This document shows positions 56,450 to 64,000 of a DNA stretch of 64,000 nucleotides, piece by piece (within the stretch, counting starts at the first letter, position 1; each line of letters starts with the position of its first letter). The position numbers were made by a program, and so were the translations under genes. The stretch is from the human T2T-CHM13v2.0 reference genome, Homo sapiens. The stretch lies in the NCBI RefSeq assembly GCF_009914755.1, contig NC_060936.1; one strand, written 5' to 3'. The notes under the pieces are model-generated. The model was given only the letters and a program-made list of their open reading frames with translations. It was not told the origin of the DNA and ran no database searches.

Positions 56450-57960
56450 AAAAACATTACATCAGCCCTAACAAACAATAAAAGGAAATTTAAGAGGATC
56501 AAGAGGATCAAAAGGATCTGCCAGTAATTTAACTGCCTACCAAGCCTTATTCAAACCTCTGTCAACATTCATTAAATAAAAATTACATAATCCATACCCT
56601 ATGATATACATATACAATATCCCTCCTACAATAAATAAAGGACTAGCTATGCAAGGCAGCAAATAAAAGGTGAACCTTCATCAATAAATTGTGACCAATC
56701 CACAAATTCAGAGATGACTTAGGTATTGAAGTTAATAGACAAATACTTTCAGATACAATAAATATGTTGTAGGCCTAAAGGAAGAAATATGCGTAATGAA
56801 CAAAAAAAATGAAGAATCTCAGTAGAGAAATGAACACTGTTAAAAAAAAAAACTAAAGAACCCAAATAGAAATTTTAGAATTAAAAATATAATATATGAA
56901 GTAAAAAAAAAATTGGGCTTGGTTTAACAGCAAATGGAGACTACAAAATAAAATTTCAGTAAAACTAAAAATAAATGGAAACCATCCATTTTGAAGAACA
57001 GAGAAAAAAATGACTGAAAAACAACAAATGCATAGTCTTGCAGACATGACAGAAAATAGCAAACATTTTAGCATATGTGTCATATGAATTCCCAAGGAAA
57101 AGAAGAGAAAGAATATGATATAAAAATATATTTGAAAAAAGAATGACTAAAAATTTATTCAAATAAGTAAAAAACATCTACTGACAAATCAAACAAGATC
57201 TACAACCCCATATAGGAAGGAAAACTTCAAAGAAATGCAAAACTAGTAGTTAAACTGCTGTAAGCCAAAGGCAAGAAAAGAGAAAAAAAATCATAGAATC
57301 TGCAAGAGAAATACTATAACTTATAAGTGCGTAAAGATATACAGATATGACCCAAAAATGGGGGCCAGAAGATAATGGAATGACAACTTTAAAATGCTAA
57401 AGGGAAATAATCATCCCAATATATTCAAAGTGAGCATAAAATATATACATTTCTAAATTAATTAAATGTGAGAGAATTCATTGAGTACAGAACTGTACTC
57501 GAATTTTTTACATTGCTAAAGGGAATGATACCAGATAAAAACGTATCTACAGAAAAAAAAATACCAGAAATTTTAATGATGCACATAAATACAACTAGCA
57601 ACATTTTCTTCTTACTTTATTAGAAATACAATTGTTAAACACAAAAATTATAATACTGTATTGTGAGTTAAATAAGGCATGTATACTGTAAAAATATATA
57701 ACCCCAACAGCACAAGCAATGGGTTTAAATTACGTTTTGTTGTTGAAGGTGTTTTATGTTTATGTGAAATGTTAAAATAATGTTTCTACATAGACTGCAA
57801 TCAGTAAACATGTAAATTTGATTTCCTAATTCACTATTAAATTAAAAAGTACAACTGAAGACTCAGTGGAAGAATAAAATAAGTTGTTAAAAATTCCTGA
57901 TAAATGAAGAAGAAAAATCTGATGTGACAACTAATTACAAAAAGCAAGATGGTGATATAA
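56450..57960 (+). mobile_element. Old L1M ORF1-region remnant
   Basis: A-rich degenerate ORF1 motifs (aagaacccaaatagaaattttagaattaaaaa, gccagaagataatggaatgaca). Confidence 0.6.
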
Positions 57961-58444
57961 ACTAAAGATATTACTATAAATGTGAGTCTATTTCTGTCAT
58001 CTCATTGTATATTTCCTATTTGACTGCCTGTTGTGTTTTCTCTTTACTTATTTTCCTTCACTTAGAACAAATGAATATTTATTTAATGCTTTATTTTCTC
58101 TTTACAAATAGTAAAATATTTAAGACTAAAATTATGTATCTAGAAATATTATAAATACAGCAGTCATACCACATGTTATAATATTTTAATTTAATGTAGA
58201 TAAATGCAGGACATGGGTGAACCAATAAATATGCAAACTGAAGGATTATTTAAAAAATAAATGTAACTTGCTTTACATGATACTACTACTTACTATAACC
58301 ATTCTACAAAATATAGACAACAAATGAAGAATAAGATTGAGTATATATAATGAAGAAGTCCTTATATACCAAAATAGTTTAAACTGGATAAACAAAATTA
58401 GACAATTAACTTGTACTGCAAATATTTAAATTTTCCTGCATATT

Positions 58445-58938
58445 ATAAAGCGTTCAGAGACACTGCTTTTGCGCGGCTAACCAGTTATTAAGGGTAACAA
58501 AGGGCTCAGTTTGAGCATGTTTTTCGATATGCAAACTAACCACTCTAGAAACATAACCCCTCTATCTGGCCTGTATATCCCAGGAGACAATATTTCTCTG
58601 CCTTTATTATTCCAGGACTAGGTACCAGGCACTAGGAACCACCCCTATATTCTAAAGCTGACCAAAATTATTCAAACTACCCAATCCTAACTACTCACTC
58701 TGCCCTGCTTTGCCTTTCCCATGGAAACTCCAGTAAACACAGATGTCTAAACCTTCCCCTGGCTCCTATCATCTGGCGTTTGATTATCCTGGTGTCTTTC
58801 TCACATGACCTTGCTTGGCATGTTGTACCTCTTGTCTCTAGGTCCTGTGAGTATTAAGAACTTTGTTTTCCTGAGCCTCTTGTGTGGCTCCTTTTGTGGC
58901 CATACTTGGTTCACCATATCACAAAAGAATTATAAAAC
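58445..58938 (+). mobile_element. MER74-like ERVL LTR
   Basis: atatgcaaactaacca...ggtaccaggcactagg...attattcaaacta.ccaatccta...aaaagaattataaaaca. Confidence 0.7.
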
Positions 58939-60019
58939 ATAACACACAAAATGAGAAGTTCCAAATACATTAAAATGTAAAAAGAAAATAGTAGGAGAGT
59001 TGGGGTAGTCTGTACATCTTGGATAAAGTCAAAGGGAAGCAATAAACTGACAATATCAGCAACATATGTAAGAGATGAAACATTATACATAGTTTATTAA
59101 ATTCATATATCCATTTATAATGAAAGGATACAAATGCAATAGAAAAAATACCCATGATTTAATTAAGCTATCCAAATAATAAAACTGAAAATCTTACAGG
59201 CATTGGTAACGCAGTACTTAAACTGATATAGAACAATCAAAGAAACAACAACCTGAACCTTTTAAAAAATGTATTTGTGATAAATCAGAAAGAATTGTGA
59301 TACCCCAATGAAATAAAGAGTACTCTCACACATCGGTTGTAGTAATGTGTCTCTAAAATATTCTGGACATAAACATTGTAATATTCATATGCCCTTCTGG
59401 TTCAGTAATATCCTTTCTGGCTTTCTATCTTCAACAAAGATAAAATGCACCTACACATAAGGACAAATAAACAAGAAGAATTAGAGCAACAGAATTGACA
59501 AGGAAGAAATTCTGAAAAGAACTAGAATGTTCATCAAGAAAGGAAATATGAATATACTGTATTATAATCACACTATAGAATATTATGGAGCCATTAAAAA
59601 ATATCTGTGTCACTGTATAATACTCATGATGTATTCATAAATGAAAATTTAGGTGCAGAGAAATGTCAGGAATAGTATACCATTCCATAAAATTAGATTT
59701 GTAAAATTCTATGTGTTTATGTAAGAATATTTTATGTATGTATGTATATATTTTGGTAAGAACATTGGAAAAGATTAGTGCATGAAGGCAACAAGATGTT
59801 CATTTTAGTTATGTTAATTAGGATACTGGATAAAACAGGAATAGGAGATATATGAACAGAAAAATCTATAGATGAATGGGAAAATGCCTTGTTTTATATT
59901 ATTAAATAAAAATGTAGTGTAGTATAGTATAAGAAACATATCACAGCTATATGACTAATGATAGCCATGCCACTCACTCAAGCATATTTCAGGCCCAAAA
60001 CTATGTGTTTGCTATCAAT

Positions 60020-60822
60020 GTGGTGCAACATGGCCTAGGGCTTTCCAACACTGGTCTGTGGATTTCCAGGACACAAGACCACCTCAACACAGATGCAACA
60101 TAAATAAACCTTAAAACAAAGCTTACCCTTACAAGAATAACTTAAACTCCCTTTATAAAAGGAACACCTAGTAACTAACCCTGACTGAATACAAGTACAG
60201 ATGCTCCTTGAATTAAAATGAGGTTATGTCCTGATAAATCCACCATAAATTGAAAAATATCATAAGAAGAAAATTCATTTTGTACACCTATCCTACTGAA
60301 CATCATAGGTTAGCCTAGCCTGTCTTAAACCTGCTTGGAACACTTACAGTAGCCTACAGTTGGGCAAAATCACCTAGCACACAGCCTACCTTATAATAAA
60401 GTATGACTACATCATGTAATACATTGAATACTGTACTGAATGTGAAAAACAGAATTTATGGGTGCTTGAAGTATGTTTTCTACTGAATGTATAAGGCTTT
60501 CGTGCACTATTGTAAATTCAGAATCCCCAAATCAAATTGTCTTAAGCCTGGGACATCTGTATAAGAAAGGGCATAGAATCCCCCAAACTCAGAGAATGGC
60601 CTTCGTATGGAGACCCTCTGGATCAAGCCGTCATTTTGACCTCTTGACTGTATCTGACCCATGCAACTGGCTTGCTTCTGCTATCAGTCTTGTGAGTGTT
60701 GGAGAATAAATTGAGCATCAGAGGGTATCTAAGACAACTTAGATGCAAATCAGACTGAACAGGAGAAGTGGCCCTTGGGGAAGCCAGTTAACTAGGACTA
60801 CCAGAAACCTCCTGAACATGAC
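60020..60822 (+). mobile_element. Old ERV LTR (family uncertain, LTR47-like) interrupted by MER47A
   Basis: TG...CA bounded segment with AATAAA near 60705, continuous across the TA-flanked MER47A. Confidence 0.45.
60198..60559 (+). mobile_element. MER47A (Tigger) MITE, full length
   Basis: TA-cagatgctcc...ggacatctg-TA, with internal gcctacagttgggcaaaatca. Confidence 0.88.
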
Positions 60823-61154
60823 ATGTGAAATAAATTATCTCTGTAACACTTCTACAATATATAATACAAAATATGCAAATGAATAAAAACTAGAAGCTAC
60901 AGTGGAAAAATGAATAAGCTGGTTTTATTAATTTATGGAAGTGTGGGTAATTTACATTTTAGATCACTGTTCTTTCAATATTTGTTTTGCAGTAAAGATT
61001 TTATTTTAGCCCATAAGGGAAAGAAAGAATTAGTAAGTTTCCTAATATGCCCATAGGAGTCATTAAGGTGGTTAATACCATAGCATACCCCACCTACAAA
61101 TAAAAAGTTTACTTAATTAATTATTTTCAGTCCCTAACCAATGACCATCTGAGT

Positions 61155-61486
61155 TAGTGGTCCCCAATCTTTTTGGTACAAGGGACCGATTTCGTGGAGG
61201 ACAATTTTTCCATGAATGGGTTTGGGGGTTATGGTTTTGGGATGATACTTTTCCATCTCAGATCATCAGGCATTAGATTCTCATAAGAAGTGCACAGCCT
61301 AGAGCCCTTGCATGCACAGTTCACAATAGGGTTCGCTGTCTTCTAAGAATCTAATGCCACAGCTGATCTGACAGGAGGCAGAGCTCAGGCGGAAATGCTG
61401 GCTCACCTGTTACCTCCTGCGTGGGTCTGGTTCCTAACAGGCCCTTGAGCGATACCAGTCCGAGGTCTGGGAATTGGGTACCCCTG
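61155..61486 (+). mobile_element. MER1B hAT-Charlie MITE
   Basis: agtggtccccaatctttttgg...cagatcatcaggcattagattctcataag...cccctg. Degenerate 8-bp TSD atctgagt/agctaagt. Confidence 0.9.
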
Positions 61487-61681
61487 AGCTAAGTGATTCC
61501 TATAAACAAATAAAGCAAACAACAAATACACACATGCGTATTGTAAATATTAAAAGGAATATGGAATTAAAGTATACTTTATTCCTCAAATGTGCAATCT
61601 AGAGTATATGTTCTACCCTTCCGGAGTATTTTCTGTGTGTTTAAGTGTGTGTACTTGTGCGTGCACATTTGGGTGTGAATC

Positions 61682-62422
61682 TGCAATCACCCAGTGGGTT
61701 CCCCTTGCCTGCCGCCTAGACCGAGCCTATTTATTAAGACGGGAGAATTGCAATAGATAAAGAGTAATTCACATAGAGCCAACTGTGTGAGAGACCGGAG
61801 TTTTATTATTACTAAAATAAGTCTCTCCAAGCATTTAGGGATAGGAATTTTTAAAGATAATTTGGCTGGTAGGGGCTCAGGAAGTGGGGACTGAGTGCTG
61901 ATTGGTCAAGCTGAAGATGGAATTATAAGGGAAGTCGACGTGAGGTTTTCTTGCTGTCTTCTGTTCCTCAGTGGAATCACAGAACTGGTTGAGCCAAATT
62001 ACGAGTCTGAGTGGTGTTAGCTGATCCACTGGGTGCAGGGTTTACAAAATATCTCCAGCACCGATCTTAGGTTTTACAGTAGTGATGTTATTCCCAGGAG
62101 CAATTTGTAGAGGTTCAGACTCTTGCAGCCATAGGCTGCATGACCCCTAAATCATAATTTCTAATCTTCTGGCTAATTTGTTAGTCCTACAAAGACAGGC
62201 TTGTCCCCATGCAAGAACAGGTTCTTTTTGGGAAAGGTTATTATCAATTTTGTTTCAGAGTCAAACCATAAACTAAAGTCCTTCCCAAGGTTAGTTGGGG
62301 CTTCACCCAGGAATGAATAAGGACAGCTTAAAGGTTAGAAGCAAGATGGAGTCAGTTGATTAGGTCTGATCTCTTTCACTGCCATAATTTCCTCAGCTGT
62401 AATTTTTGCAAAGGCAGTTTCA
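61682..62422 (-). mobile_element. LTR8/LTR8A ERV1 solo LTR
   Basis: gggttccccttgcctgccgcctagac...gagaccggagttttattattact...tttgcaaaggcagtttca. Confidence 0.88.
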
Positions 62423-63626
62423 GATATAGAGATGAAAGTTATGAAAGACAAAATGAATTAGAGACAGAAAGAAAAACTGTGCTTTTATATTCATGTCTTC
62501 TTACTATGGATATTGTTCCAACAAAACTTTTGCTGCAAAGTTTAAGAATTATGCAACTAATCCCTACATATATAACAATTAATACTACTGTATAAAATTC
62601 TTAATTTATAGGAAAAGTTATTTTAATAAACTGTAGATGGAAGTGTCTATATATTAGAAAAATACTTTTAATAAAGAATACTTAATTTTTATGCAAGTAT
62701 GTAAAACTGTGGTTTGAATATAGACACAAGGACAAGGGCTGTGAAAAAAAAGAAGATAAATTATTCATCAAAAATATTTTTCTTAAAATGTATTTGAATT
62801 TGATTTCTTTAATTATTTATATTGCAGGGTCAATTGAGTGAGTTCCATTGCTATATAATGCAAAAAAACACTTTTGCCCTTACATAATATAAAGAATTTT
62901 TTTTCTTGGATCTTGGCTCACACGGTTCTATTTGCACATGCTTCTATGTTGTGTAATATAGCTTGCATTTGTTTCTCAATTGTTTTCTTAGAGTCTAAAT
63001 GAATTTTATGATATGTCTATAAATGAAACACATCATAAATATTTCAAATTTTTTTTATGTGGAAAACTGGAGAGTAAGTGCACTTATTCCTGAGTGAAAA
63101 TATAATTTTGAATAATTGGCATAAAGTATATTCATACTCACTTTGAATTTTATTTTACTTTTACTTAAACACACATACACACATGTTGAGTTTGTTTACA
63201 GGAGAAAGATATGATTTATGAATAATGATTTTAAAAAGTGCACAAGTCTCCTCGACTTCAAAAAACTTTCCCTAAACAACTTTTAAATTAGCCAACACTA
63301 AATGAATCTAAAAGGTAGATAAATTTAACTTTATAATAAAATACTCATGGGCCTAAAAGTTAATAAAAACTGTATTTGGCATCACACATTTTAAATTTAA
63401 TTGAACTTCAAGCATTAGGAATATAGGTGAAATGCCTATATGGTTCTAATTCTATAGTCATCAAAAAAAAAATTGCAGCAATTTGCATTTCATTTTGGAA
63501 GCTTTAAAGATTTATAATATTAGCATTTATTGCAACTTAGTCTATTTTCTTCTATAGAACTTTAGTTAAACTGTAGCAAGCAATTTTAGTTAACTCTCCT
63601 TTATCTTCATTTAATTACATAGTCTG

Positions 63627-63941
63627 CATATTAGTTCATTCTCATACTGCTATGAAGAAATACCCAAGACTGTGTAATTCATAAAGGACAAAGGTTTAAT
63701 TGACTTACAGTTCAGCATGGCTGGAGAGGCCTCAGGAAACTTACAATCATGGTGGAAGGCACCTCTTTACAAGGCAGCAAGAGAGAGAATGGGAGCAGAG
63801 CAAAGGGAAAAAAGCCCCTTATAAAAGCATCAACCCCATGATTCAATCAACTTTCACTGGGTCCCCTCCCACAACACATGGGGATTATGGGAACTACAAA
63901 TCAAGATGAGATTTGGGTGGGGACACAGCCAAACCATATCA
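63627..63941 (-). mobile_element. THE1C/D (MaLR) LTR with an internal deletion of about 50 bp
   Basis: tattagttcattctcatactgctatgaagaaataccc...gatttgggtggggacacagccaaaccatatca. The cagatctcgtgaga...aacagc block is missing. Confidence 0.88.
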
Positions 63942-64000
63942 TTCTGCTACTGAAAATTAATATTTTCCATTAAAGCTATGTTCTAATTCTATATAATCAA

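Noticed and set aside
63942-63947. ttctgc after the second THE1 LTR as another PPT remnant
   Set aside because: ttctg is equally explained as a 5-bp TSD with gtctg at 63622-63626, and the window ends too soon to test for a long duplication.

Overview
Human (or very close hominid) genomic DNA. The AluYb8 at 4659-4978 belongs to a human-specific subfamily. The window is AT-rich, CpG-poor and roughly half interspersed repeats (L1, Alu, MaLR/ERV LTRs, Tigger/hAT fossils), typical of a gene desert or a large intron. No intact protein-coding gene is supported, and almost all ORFs in the track are repeat-derived. The exception is 27369-27620(-), which carries the RPL27A C-terminus. It is part of the main finding: a ~410-bp retrocopy that starts at the 5' end of an H/ACA snoRNA (SNORA3B/SNORA45 family) and runs through the unspliced 3' part of the host intron, the last RPL27A exon and its poly(A) signal. 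It looks like a fossil of a snoRNA-capped, polyadenylated transcript. Other unusual integration or repair scars: two L1 3' transductions (one with a twin-priming inversion), a THE1B LTR with a PPT remnant flanked by a ~450-bp direct duplication instead of a 5-bp TSD, a tailless tRNA-Gln(CTG) 5'-half retrocopy, a ~430-bp inverted duplication, two palindromic templated-insertion mosaics, and two L1s with large internal deletions. Family names come from my recall of consensus sequences, not from a database search. Boundaries of old elements are approximate.
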